A stretch of 63,288 nt of DNA, filler included, from Octopus bimaculoides (taxonomy: Eukaryota), in NCBI RefSeq assembly GCF_001194135.2. It is 5 parts of 4 records of this genome, joined end to end, with 100 filler letters (N's around TTAATTAATTAA, not from the genome) between each part and the next. Parts side by side here need not be neighbours in the genome. Positions count along the whole stretch, not along the records: positions 1 to 18,518 come from NC_068989.1; positions 18,619 to 35,820 come from NC_068989.1; 3 more parts are not named here. One strand, written 5' to 3'. Below, piece by piece: positions 13,774-27,313 of this stretch; position 1 is the first letter of the stretch; every line of letters starts with the position of its first letter. A model generated the notes under the pieces. It did no database searches and was not told the DNA's origin. It saw only the letters and a list, made by a program, of their open reading frames with translations. Position numbers and translations under genes: made by a program.

Positions 13774-14155
13774 AGTGGAAGCACAATGGCCCAGTGGTTA
13801 GGGCAGCGGACTCACGGTCATAGGATCGAGGTTTCGATTTCCAGACCGGGCGTTGTGAGTGTTTATTGAGCGAAAACACCTAAAGCTTCACGAGGCTCCG
13901 GCAGGGGATGGTGGTGAACCCTGCTGTATACTCTTTCACCACAACTTTCTCTCACTCTTTCCTGTTTCTGTTGTGCCTGTAATTCAAAGGGTCAGCCTTG
14001 TCACACTGTGTCACGCTGAATATCCCCGAGAACTACATTAAGGGTACACGTGTCTGTGGAGTGCTCAGCCACTTGCACGTTAATTTCACGAGCAGGCTGT
14101 TCCGTTGATCGGATCAACTGTAACCCTCGACGTCGTAAGCGACGGAGTGCCAACA
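13774..14155 (+). mobile_element. tRNA-derived SINE, family A, full length
   Basis: A box TGGCCCAGTGG and B box GGTTTCGATTTCC; 3' tail shared with 2511-2835, 50262-50584 and 57847-58020. Confidence 0.9.
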
Positions 14156-15419
14156 TGTATGTATGCATGCATGCATGCATGTATGTATGTATGTATGTAT
14201 GTATGTATGTATGTATGTATGTATGTATTATTACAGGAGTTCTTGCTACTTCTACAGCACCACATCCAACCCGTTAACCATCCGCATACACATGTCTTCA
14301 ACAGCCAACAAATATAGAGCTGTAACATAATTGAATTTTACAATTTTACATGATAAACATATTCCTGGCAACTCGTACGCACATATTAATTACTTGCAGC
14401 GAAACCGTATTTTGTCAATTCAGCCATAACATACTATCAGATATATTAAAGGCATCAACATACTTGGTATTATATTAGGGCTGCATAACCTGACACTCTG
14501 TTCCTACAATCTACAAACATACATACATACGTACATACATACATATATACATACATACATACATGCATGCATATATATTTATATATATATATATACACAC
14601 ACACACGCATATATATATGTATTACATATATGTATTTGAATGTATATATATGTATATGTATGTTTATATATATATAAATATATATATATGTATGTATATT
14701 TATCTATCTATCTATCTATGTATCTATCTATATATATATAATATAAGATCGTAAGATATTTTATTCTTTTAACTTTAGGTTTCTTTATATTTTATATTTT
14801 AGAATTTATAATATTCATGCTTATTTACACATAAATTTTTATACACATATATATTTAAACATATATTTATCTATTTTTAGATTTTTATATGTATCGATAT
14901 TTATATTCCGTATTTTTATTTTTATGTTTTAAACTTTTAAATTTATTATGCTACCATGTTATGTTGGATATATATATTTTGAAATACTAAATATTGATTT
15001 CCTAAATATATTATTGATGAATTAATAATATAAAATCACATATATACACATTTATTTGCTCAAGATAATTGAGCACTCAACATAAGTTCANNNNNNNNNN
15101 NNNNNNNNNNNNNNNNNNNNNNNNNNNNNNNNNNNNNNNNNNNNNNNNNNNNNNNNNNNNNNNNNNNNNNNNNNNNNNNNNNNNNNNNNNNNNNNNNNNN
15201 NNNNNNNNNNNNNNNNNNNNNNNNNNNNNNNNNNNNNNNNNNNNNNNNNNNNNNNNNNNNNNNNNNNNNNNNNNNNNNNNNNNNNNNNNNNNNNNNNNNN
15301 NNNNNNNNNNNNNNNNNNNNNNNNNNNNNNNNNNNNNNNNNNNNNNNNNNNNNNNNNNNNNNNNNNNNNNNNNNNNNNNNNNNNNNNNNNNNNNNNNNNN
15401 NNNNNNNNNNNNNNNNNNN

Positions 15420-15885
15420 ATGAAAAAAATCATCATTTTTTCATAAATATAAATAATTTTATATAAAGGGCATTAACTGAGTAGTAATGCCTCACGCTTC
15501 GAGGGACTAAATAAGTCAAAAACTACCAAAAAATAAGCAACATATTTACTGAAAGCGAGGGAATGCAGCTTTCAAAATTTATCTCTTAAAAACATTTAAC
15601 TTAACGGTAGACCACTGGTTTCTCAATCAAATACAGAAAAACTGTGAAATAACCTGCATTCTTTTAATGCAGGTTATTTCACATAATATATAAGCATATG
15701 CATGTATACATGCATATATGTACATACCTACATCTACATGTATATATAGATGCATATCCGGGTACAGGACATCAGAAAAATGAACGGGGACATAGAAACA
15801 AAACGGACTTTGTTAACAGACAACAGAACGAACACATAGGAAAACACGCAAGCAGCTTATGGAATTATTCCTTCATCAGCTGCCT
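15420..15885 (-). mobile_element. Possible Penelope-like element terminal region
   Basis: Contains a CTGATGA hammerhead-core remnant (15873-15879, minus strand) and several short hairpins. No GIY-YIG or RT coding remnant seen. Confidence 0.35.
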
Positions 15886-15904
15886 AAACACGATGTTCGA
15901 CCAA

Positions 15905-16017
15905 CAACATGTTTCCGGGTTCAGTCCCACTGCGTGGCACCTTGGGCAAGTGCCTTCTACTATAGCCTTGGGCCGACCCGAGTAGATTTGGTAGACGGAA
16001 ACTGAAAGAAGCCCGTC
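15905..16017 (+). mobile_element. SINE family C, 5' part
   Basis: GGGTTCAGTCCCACTGCGTGGCACCTTGGGCAAGTG...GGTAGACGGAAACTGAAAGAAGCCCGTC. Confidence 0.85.
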
Positions 16018-16219
16018 NNNNNNNNNNNNNNNNNNNNNNNNNNNNNNNNNNNNNNNNNNNNNNNNNNNNNNNNNNNNNNNNNNNNNNNNNNNNNNNNNNN
16101 NNNNNNNNNNNNNNNNNNNNNNNNNNNNNNNNNNNNNNNNNNNNNNNNNNNNNNNNNNNNNNNNNNNNNNNNNNNNNNNNNNNNNNNNNNNNNNNNNNNN
16201 NNNNNNNNNNNNNNNNNNN

Positions 16220-16252
<33 letters not shown>

Positions 16253-16285
16253 AATACAGAAACTGAGACTGACAAGCAGACAAAC

Positions 16286-16324
<39 letters not shown>

Positions 16325-18213
16325 GAGAGAGAGAGAGGAGACAAATTAGATTCAAATAAGCAACCTTAGAACTGCGTGAGGCGGAAAATAACTGGAATGG
16401 GCGTGGCTAAGTATGTTTGTTTTTGCATGTATGTGTTTTTTTTTTTATTGCTGTCAATTTCTCATGGGGGCTGTTTTTCCCGATCCTTAAACCTGCCTCT
16501 ACTGTAGTGTCTGATGAAGTTACAGTGAAATCTCTTTCCGATCTACTTATTTAAACCTTTGTTTGACTATCAACTTGATTTTTACTTTCTACTTTCGTTT
16601 TCAATATCTCATAAAACGTATCTACGTTTTTTTTATATAAACTAATTTCGTAGTGGCTACTACCACTAATAGTAGACAAGAATAACACTCCGTCTACACA
16701 CCAGTTACAACCACTACCACGACCACCACTTCCGTCTCCACTTCTCACCAACACCAATCAGACCACCACCACTACCATTATGCGATCACCACCATCATCA
16801 CAATCACCATCAGCTCCATCATAATGAACGTTACTACCATCATCATCACCACCCACACCAACACCAGCACGACCAACACTATCTCAAACACCAGCACCAT
16901 CAATACCACCATCACCACCAACACCATACCATTATCACCGCTACAACCAACGTCACTACCACTACGGCCACCACTACCGCTTTCACCACTATCATCACTA
17001 GCACCATTAATACGATCATCACCATTAGAACCATGAGCACCACCGTTGCGCTCACCATCAAGATGACCATCACAACNNNNNNNNNNNNNNNNNNNNNNNN
17101 NNNNNNNNNNNNNNNNNNNNNNNNNNNNNNNNNNNNNNNNNNNNNNNNNNNNNNNNNNNNNNNNNNNNNNNNNNNNNNNNNNNNNNNNNNNNNNNNNNNN
17201 NNNNNNNNNNNNNNNNNNNNNNNNNNNNNNNNNNNNNNNNNNNNNNNNNNNNNNNNNNNNNNNNNNNNNNNNNNNNNNNNNNNNNNNNNNNNNNNNNNNN
17301 NNNNNNNNNNNNNNNNNNNNNNNNNNNNNNNNNNNNNNNNNNNNNNNNNNNNNNNNNNNNNNNNNNNNNNNNNNNNNNNNNNNNNNNNNNNNNNNNNNNN
17401 NNNNNNNNNNNNNNNNNNNNNNNNNNNNNNNNNNNNNNNNNNNNNNNNNNNNNNNNNNNNNNNNNNNNNNNNNNNNNNNNNNNNNNNNNNNNNNNNNNNN
17501 NNNNNNNNNNNNNNNNNNNNNNNNNNNNNNNNNNNNNNNNNNNNNNNNNNNNNNNNNNNNNNNNNNNNNNNNNNNNNNNNNNNNNNNNNNNNNNNNNNNN
17601 NNNNNNNNNNNNNNNNNNNNNNNNNNNNNNNNNACACACACACACACACACACACACACAGACGAGTAGACACAGACACAGCCACCGCAGGCACACACGC
17701 ACACACGCACACACAAACGCACGCAAACACACAAACACAAATGTGCCCCAGCATGGACACAGCTCATGAGCTGAAACTAGATAAAATGAAAAATGATAAA
17801 ATGAAAATGAAATACAAATATATACAGGACGGACGAAAAGTAACGCACCAATTAGTTTTATACGGCCCGGTATTAAGAAGACATACCGCAATTTTCTTTT
17901 GCAAAATTGAATAAAATAAATAAAATAATGATGAATACTACTACTACTAATAATAATAATGTAATACAATTTGTTTTTGAATCTGATAGCAAAATACTTA
18001 AAGTGAATTTGTGTTTTGAAGCAAACTCTGTTGCGTCTACGGAGAGTCATTACACCCATATTAATAACACACGCACTGTGCGTGGGTTATTAATTGATAT
18101 TGGCGTAATTTCTCTCCCTACACAAAATCTCAAATATGTTGGTGCGGTATCTTTAGCGCTTCCTACATATGGACATATAATCATATACAATTGTATGTAT
18201 GTATGTATGTATG

Positions 18214-18244
<31 letters not shown>

Positions 18245-18442
18245 GTATTTATATGTGTATGTATGTATTTGATGAATGTGAGAAACGGTGGATGGAAGAT
18301 ACGAGAATGTTTATTAATGACTATATTTCTTTCGACCCATCTAGGATCGATCCCTCTCTCATTAATCTAATACCCAACGGACATTGTGAAAGTGAATGCT
18401 TTACCGGTAAGCTACCAGGTGTATACCATACGATTTATTATC

Positions 18443-18492
<50 letters not shown>

Positions 18493-18618
18493 TATATACA
18501 TATATATATATATATATANNNNNNNNNNNNNNNNNNNNNNNNNNNNNNNNNNNNNNNNNNNNTTAATTAATTAANNNNNNNNNNNNNNNNNNNNNNNNNN
18601 NNNNNNNNNNNNNNNNNN

Positions 18619-18653
<35 letters not shown>

Positions 18654-19333
18654 GTATATATATGTATATATATATATATATGTTTGCATACACACAAGCA
18701 CGTATGTATATATGTATAGGCATATATATATATATATATATTATAAACACACAACAATTCGTACATACAGAGAGAATGAATGAATATAAATGATAAATGA
18801 TGAACTGTAATATATTTTGCAAATGCTTGTCAAACCTATGACTGGTGATGAACAACCGTTTGCGCAAAAAAGAGAAACGAAAACAGAAAATAAATAAAGG
18901 CAGATACACACCAGACATATTGTTTTCTCATATAAAGAAAATTGCTAACTGATATACATCTATAAGACAAACAATTTAAGTGGAATTAATACTAGAAATG
19001 ATGTATCTGTTATGTTAATTTTTTTCATAAAAATTGGTCAAAACATTGTTTTTATATTATTGCGTATACACATTATATTTATTTATTAAACAAATACATA
19101 TACAAAAAATTGTTATCACTATAACTAAATTGATATTCGTAAAAATGTATAAATACATAGACAAGCAGTCACAAAAACACAAATCGTTCTTATGTATACA
19201 TGTATACACACACACTCTCTCTCTCTCTCTTTCTCATATACAGATATATGTTACGTATGTGAGTACCTCCATCGATCTTTGTATCTAAACTCGTACATAT
19301 ACATACATACGCACTGATATGGGAGTTTGTATG

Positions 19334-19375
<42 letters not shown>

Positions 19376-20533
19376 TATTTACATATATATATGTAATGTA
19401 TTGTAGTATGTTTCTCTGTGCCTGTCTGTGGCTAGGTGTTTTGGTGGGATTGAACTATTACTCCTCACTATAACATAGTATCGTGATATTTTGGCGGCAA
19501 ATCACGTATTCGTTTCTCTTGCAATTTTCCCAACATGTGCTACATGTTCGAACTAGATTTTGGAAGAAGACATCTAACCTAGCTCTTACCCAACTACTAG
19601 TCCATCGGTCTCATAGAGCTGAATGAATATGGAATGGTTTGAAAAAGGTTTATAATTTATAACTTGTTGATTGTCACATCAGTTTTACACGCAAGTACAC
19701 GAACAAACGAGTAATCACGGAATAGGTCTATAACGAACAAAGAAATGCGAAAAAAAATATCCATAGGAGACACGAAAAATATGAACAATTCCCCCTGAAA
19801 ATGAAAAGAGCAATAGCTTTTGTACTGTACGTAATAGAAAGCGATGTCTTTGTACTTCGTTAAATAGAAATTAAAGCTAACTGATGGAATGAAGGTGAAT
19901 AAACATTGTGTGACAATTTATCAACTATGTGTGGAAAGGTGATACGTTAAAGTGAATCGTGTGAAAACGGTACCAACTATTATCCGAATATGAGTTTCAA
20001 AAGTCATATATCAAAACATTTAGAACCAATACAATGCGTCATCTTTGCTACACAGAGAAGTTTCCATTCTCCTTTTCTGGGCAATGAATGCTGTATTTTT
20101 CTCTATCAAAAATATTCAACTGTCGGCTGAGCGGCGTTTACTTGGGCTGATTATGTCAGCATTAACAGAACAACATCTAAACTTTATCACTAGTTATTGA
20201 ATGTAGCAAAATATAAACTTAATATGCAAAAATATAATATATACAAAAAGAATGCTGTACAATATAAAATAAGGCTATACATTGAAACCGGTACGTTTAA
20301 TGGAATTTTGCTCTATATACACGAGTATCGAATGTAAAATGGTAAATACGAATCTGAACATGGAGTCCAATTGTTCCGATAGAAGAGCACTTTTTTCAGA
20401 GAGAATTTCAGATGGGCCATTTTAGCGCTCAAGAAAAAAATAAATAAAGGAATTCCAATAAATGAAATAATACACCCATTCATCCACCGTACATACATGC
20501 ATACATACATACATACATACATACATGCATGCA

Positions 20534-20569
<36 letters not shown>

Positions 20570-20637
20570 TATACATATATATATACATATATACATACAC
20601 ACACATATATATAGTACACAGACACGCACACACATAT

Positions 20638-20668
<31 letters not shown>

Positions 20669-23600
20669 CATACATACACGTAAACGTGAATATGTATGCG
20701 TGCGTGACTTTAGATAGAAAGATAGATGGGGGTACTTACATCTGAAAACATATATACATCGGTGGTAGCGAATTATTTCTAAGCACGTTGGCTGTGAGTT
20801 CAAGCTGTTGAGATTGCGCAATAGGACAAAAATACTTCCGATCCTCCTCCCGGCAGCGAGTGGTTTTAGACAAATTACGTCCACAAAACACATTGTCGCC
20901 GAATGAATACTGTAGCGAATTCAATTATCATGACGTGCTTATATTAAGTGTGATATTTAAATTGCTACATATATATATATATATACATAATACGAATTGT
21001 GCTCCGCATATGTAATGTCATTTCAAACCACATATAGGTATATCCCATCTCTGTATACTTAACACTAGCCGATCCCTTCTCGTATCCAAAGTGACACGAG
21101 CGCTATAACGGCAAAATGCCTACCTGTCGCTATTACCCAGTTTTGAAGGATATTAGGTTGGTTTTTTTTTTTAGCATAATGCGTCTAGAAATAGTTTTAT
21201 CCTGAATGAAAACCTGTAGCATCTGCCTTTCCGAAGTTTTCCATAAAGATTTTATTCAAATACTGCCTTCATTGCCCGGTGCAAACTCTCTTGACACACA
21301 CACACACATACACAGCCGCATACACCACGCACGCATACATACATAACCACACAATGCGACCGCGTACACACACATATATATGCTTACGTTTGTACATTTT
21401 GTGCGTATATATGTGTGTATGTATTTATGCATTTGTGTCTATATCTATTTTATTAGTGTTTGCGTTTCGGTATACTTATAAAGCCAGACATTAACTGAAG
21501 GTTCCTGCAATACATTTGTTTGCGAAGGTTGGCAAATAACACTTTTAGAAATGGCCCTTAGTGTCTGTTCCAGCCATACCTTACAAGATTTCAAAGTATC
21601 TGCCAACCTTTACCCTCTCTATGGTCCTTTCTCTCTTTCTCTCTCTTTCAGTCTCCCCCCCTCTCTCTCTCTATACATATATATATATATATATATANNN
21701 NNNNNNNNNNNNNNNNNNNNNNNNNNNNNNNNNNNNNNNNNNNNNNNNNNNNNNNNNNNNNNNNNNNAATAACTATGCGTGCGTGATACTGTCATTGCAT
21801 AGTTTCTATTAATTCTAATGAATTAGATATCGTTAATGTTCCATATACTATTTTAGTATTGTATCACCTGGTTACACCGAATTTGAATAAATAATATCTT
21901 TTACCGATTCTATAAAAATGTATTGATGCATTTATTTGTACATATTAATATATACACCACATAATATTAAATCAAATTTTTATTATAGAACTTATGTTTA
22001 TTAGAGTTTTGTTTGCTTCCTTTGTTTTCGAAAAGAATTAGCATAGTATGACTAGAATGTTCTCAATATTTAGCTATTGAAGCTTGATGCAACACCAAGT
22101 ATTATACAATTATTTTCCGTTGACAATACCAGAAGCATCAATATAGAAATCTAATGCAATATATTCCAATGCTCAATAACTTTTTTCAAAGATTCAGGAG
22201 GATGGTCCCTTTCGAGGTTTAGACTGCGAGAAACAGTACTCAAATGTTCTTAAAACCAAAATTTAATGTGTTGAATAAGTAAACGTGATAATGTGTTAAA
22301 TAAATAAACGCCATATATAATGTAGTATACAACACCTCTGAACAAAAATGATACTTTCGGTTGTAATTTCATCAATCGGATCAATTATGTTTGATCAGGT
22401 GTTAAGTCGCAATAATTTGCTGCTTCGATGGCTTAAGTTGTTTAGCTCGATATCACACCAAGCGTCACAGATCAATGATAACATTCATTCCAATTGTGAT
22501 CAAATCGTTATATTTCTCAGCGGTTGTAAATCTAGGAATCAATTATCGACTTCGTTCTATAAACATTTATGAGAGTGTTTTATTTTCATTTGGCTGCTAT
22601 TTCTTATAAGTCGAGCGACTGAATAAGGCTTTTCTCTTTGATATAGTGCGCCAGATTACTACATTCAATTAACACTTGAAGTAAAATATTTCACTTGGGC
22701 CCCAGTGTAAAATGCTTTTCAGTTTACGACTTCATGATATACAATTAGTAGCTGCATATATTTATGAGGAATGTGTAGTATAAAATAATTTTCAGTTATT
22801 AGAACAGCAATTTGCGATTGCAGTTTAAATCGCATACATTTAACGTTATTCATAATACTGCTCTACTAGAGTCTTTTATAGATTTCTCGACCTAGCTCCC
22901 AAAATAACCAAATCTATTTGTATATATTCATCAGTGTGCTGAATCTTGTAGTGTTTTCAAAAGCAAAAAATAACATGCCACCCGTCGTTCGTCATCATAT
23001 ATAGACTTCATAATCTAAACATTTGATTGACTTATTTATGACTGAAATCCAGCATTAATTCTGAAAGGCAGCTATATTTTATTTCGAGTTTCGTTCAAGT
23101 TTATCTTAGTAACTTAAATCCGCAATACGAAAATACCAAGAAACAGTATTATTCATACGAAAGGACAGAAATAGCAGCGTATTTATATACAGACACCGAT
23201 AAACTAAAGGAATACGAGAAAGATTGAGCTTTACTAAAATCATAAATCATAAATCACTAACGTAAACCAGTGATAAGATGTTATGAATTTCAAGAAGAAC
23301 AAGGCGATAATAGAATTAATGAAAGAAACACAGAAAGAAAAAAAAAATCAGTAATCCAAGATGTGGAAAGCCTGTGTGAGTTAATAAAAGCAGAGATATT
23401 CAGCAAAAAAAAAAAAAAGAATATATATTAGCACAATTAAAAAACAAAATGTATTGAATGTTAATGAATATAAATGTGCTGCTATGGAGAAAGAAAACAG
23501 AAATATGAAAAATCGTGCAATTGTTATGAAGCAACACTCGCAGCTGTATAATAGCGCTGTCGATTGCAAATAGAGAGAAAATATGCGGAATAGACTCCAC

Positions 23601-24402
23601 ATGATCAGGTCTGCTGAAAGAGATAACGTTTTAATAATTTTTATTTTAATAACCTTCAGTTCAAATGGACAGCTTTAGGGTTTTTAGAGGAAATAAATAA
23701 TCAGAAGAAAATGGCATCGGCTATTGTAACATATGAAGATTGAAAGAAAGTTCAGAAAATATGGCAACATGTACAATTAATTTCCTATTATTATATTTGT
23801 TGAAAATACCTTTAATGGCAGTATGCCATTCGGAATTGTGAAATAAAGCCTCCAGCCTGCTTTTAGAATGAATGCACATCTGATAGGCAATATTTTGTAA
23901 CTCTGAAAATATTAGAATAGTGAACCTGTAGAATTTCAGGAAGGAACAGCTGAGTAGTGAACGAAAGAAAATAAATTTTTGGAAACACGTACATCTTCAG
24001 CTTTTGCACTGAAAGAATATTTGACATCTTGTAATGTTAGTGTTTTTTTTTCTAAATTACAGCAAGAAACAGTTACATTTGAGGTCGTTTTGTGATATCA
24101 GTCTCAGTTCAGAGGAAAGTAATACTTTTTATTTAGCCAATTTATTTATTTTCTATTTTTATGTAATTGAAACAAGCTTAATAGTAGTTCTATTGCAGTT
24201 GTGTCTCTTGGTTTCCCTGTATTGGTTGATGGCAAAATATAAAAGAACCATAGTGTATTATCCGGTTTATTATCAACATTTGTCTCTAGTGAACCTTCTT
24301 CCTTTGTGAGCACACGGAACTGGCCTCCAGCCTGAGGAGCACTAAATGTCCCTTTGTGTAGCTCCATTTTGCTCCAGCCATTAATTGTGGGTTCTTTCTC
24401 TC

Positions 24403-24452
24403 TTAGCCGTCACCAGCCATAGGAAATACTTTCCGATAATGTTCTCTTTTTT
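24403..24452 (-). CDS. Candidate coding part of a terminal exon of an unidentified minus-strand gene
   Basis: Long U-rich tract plus CAG acceptor at 24453-24455. All three frames stop within 72 nt (e.g. KREHYRKVFPMAGDG*), followed by UTR-like sequence. No homology recognised. Confidence 0.3.
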
Positions 24453-26147
24453 CTGATGTATAGGCAAAAAATGCAAAAACAGACAAACACAAAAAAAAAA
24501 CAGAACAAAGAAGAAACAAAAAAAAACCCCAAAAACAATATATTATAGCTGTATGATCCAAACTAACTGAAACTTTAATAATTACGACTAATAACATGAT
24601 ATACTATTCCTTCTCGAATGTTTCAAAATATGGTAGCTTTATCTTAAGTCAGATCTAGTGACAGATTTTCTTATTTTGTTTCTATAAGTCTTTCAACAGA
24701 ATCATTATACATGCATTTCGATGTACTACTTGCTTGGCATTTGCCATGATCAATGACGTGCTATTGAAACTGAGGCAATTCTATCGTGGAAACACATTGC
24801 AGTCTTTTAAGAGTATACAGAAATTGATTCATTAATTTTTCATTTATTTCTTAAGGCGTCGAAACCTTTGTTGCAGATCAAACGAGAATCAACTAATTAT
24901 TCGTTGTGCTCAGTAACCTATATAGTTGACCACTCTAGTGAAGATTAATGATGTCTTGTGTAGGAGTGTTCAGAATTTTTTCGTATAAGCAGTATATATT
25001 TACTAACATCTTTCACTGAAACTATTCATAAATGACAACAGAGTTGTTGAGAGAAAACGACATAGGATTAGACTTTGTGTTGTTTTCCTGAACCGTAGAA
25101 ATTCACTTCCAAAATTAGCAAAATAACCATCAACCACACACAAGCCGCGTTAACCATCACCACAAGATGTACTTTTTTCTATGGTATTATTCATAGCTAT
25201 GTAAACTAGGCCGACAGAAAGGATATTTCATCAACGGTTTGGCAATGAATTCGTTCACATCAACATTAAAACTAGCAGTAAAACTTCCTATCAGTTCCAC
25301 AATCTACTACGGCAAGATTTTATAGTCTTTTCATAATTGTAAATTTTTCGATAGAATCTCTGAAAAATATGTTACTCAGCAGATTGGAAAAAGTTGGCTT
25401 ATATTAGCTAAGAGTACAACTTTTATATACTAATCTTAACTTGGAAACGTAAAGCTGTGCAATTAGGAAGAACATTGGAGAAAATGGAGAAGGAATCGGG
25501 AACAAAATTGTCTATTCCAAGATTTGAATGATTTTGATTCAATAAAGGTAGTTGAGAGAAAAATCTTCAACAACGCACATCAATTCGACAGATGAGATAC
25601 GCCAATAACTTATAGCTTGATTGAAAATTCGATAACCTAGATCTTTAGTTAAATAGGTGCCTAACCACAGCGCCGGTTTAATTAAATTACACAACAGATA
25701 AATCAGTATCTATTACAGAATTTCAGATTTATAGTCGCGATTTTCGTGGAATGATGTATCTTTTACCACATATATAGTTTTTTTGTTAAATATCTTCAGA
25801 TTTCTTTTAGCCCTTCCCATCACTGAATATCTGCACTAATGGATACTGAGGGAGGATATCGTTAAAAGAAGACAAAAAAAAAATTACGGAAATAAATAAG
25901 AAAGAAAGACAGAAAGAAAGGTATTTAATTTAGTAATATTATAAATATTTAAGCAATAAAAAATCCCATTAGCTGTTATATATATTTTAATAGGCTCTAT
26001 TAAATCGCATGAGAAGAATGATGCAGCTTCCAATACAATGTATTTATATATCACTCTAAAGACACATTCACTCAAGCTTGCATTCACCTGAATAGCTAGC
26101 ATAATCAACAACATTATCAGTCCCGTTATTACTATTATTATTTTTAT

Positions 26148-26148
26148 G

Positions 26149-26213
<65 letters not shown>

Positions 26214-26263
26214 TACTACTAGTAGTAGTAATAGTCGTCGTCGTCATCGTCGTCGACATAGTC

Positions 26264-26317
<54 letters not shown>

Positions 26318-26343
26318 TTAGTAGTAGTAGTAGTAGTAGTAGT
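26148..26343. repeat. (ATT)n(AGT)n(CGT)n compound microsatellite
   Basis: Seen directly. Confidence 0.95.
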
Positions 26344-27313
26344 ATGCAGCACTATTATTATAATTGCGTACTTTCACTGCATTGAAAAACGCAGCTTTGT
26401 AGCCCGCCGTATATGCTGTTTTATTTATTTCTATTCTATTGACAATAATCTATTTAAAATGTATGCAGTATCTAGTATTGCTATTTTCTGATGCTATGCT
26501 TATTTGTAAACCCTTACTGACTTCGTTATGGTTAAGGCCGAATATTTTAAAATTGTTTGCAACAATCACGGTTGCATTTTTATTGCAGCTCCTATTCTTT
26601 GAGTTCTTTAAGCTGATATTTCCCAAATTACTTCTGGCTATCTCAATTTTCGGATCTGTCGGTCTGATACTTTAATAAAGAGACACGGCGTACCCTGGTT
26701 GCTTTTGTTAACAATATCTTCGTATATCATTCTGAGCAAGATCGTCGTTTAAAGTAGCATATCCTTAACTGTGTATCCCTTAACCCGAAATATACTGCAG
26801 GTATTTAGTATATAGTCCTTCGTTGTGAGCCTATTTACTACTTTCAGATGTACTGGCTTTAATATTGTATCTCAATAAATATCCCCTAGCTTCAATTTTC
26901 GGTATTGCGCATCTCAAAGTATTGTGATTAAGACGTGGATAATATCGAGAGTAATAACAGGTGGGTAATTATTTTTTGAAGAAACTAGCACAGTTCGCTT
27001 AAACGCGCACAAGTTGTTAGAGAAACGCTGTTTCTATAGAACGGTATAACTCAACATAGCCTCCAACAAAAGTGATGAATCTGCCGCATCGATGAACCAA
27101 ACACATGAATCCATTTCGAAGAAAAATAAAATGCAAACGTTTCCGCGCCATTTTACCAATTTCTTCACAAATAATTTCTCCAAATCTGCGTCATTAAGGT
27201 ATACTACTTTGGACGAAATTGGAGAAAATCTGAACGAGGTAGATGCAGTTGATTAGTTTCAATTTTCCGTTTACCTGTAGAAAGAGGTCACCCTTTATTG
27301 TGTAAGAACAAGT

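Noticed and set aside
13774-13850. tRNA-like sequences with A and B boxes
   Set aside because: No complete cloverleaf, and they continue into SINE bodies; called as SINE heads, not tRNA genes.
16500-16535. CTGATGA...GAAA hammerhead-like spacing
   Set aside because: No stem II pairing and no stem III or cleavage triplet. Similar failures at 29457, 37845-37860 (minus) and 60690.
18563-18574. TTAATTAATTAA isolated between N runs, also at 35865, 57791 and 61153
   Set aside because: An identical 12-mer always embedded in gaps points to a scaffolding or gap-marker artefact, not biology.
27047-27256. ~70-codon plus-strand open frame (…SASLRYTTLDEIGENLNEVDAVD*), antisense frame also open
   Set aside because: Weak acceptor, no recognisable homology, and a length expected by chance.
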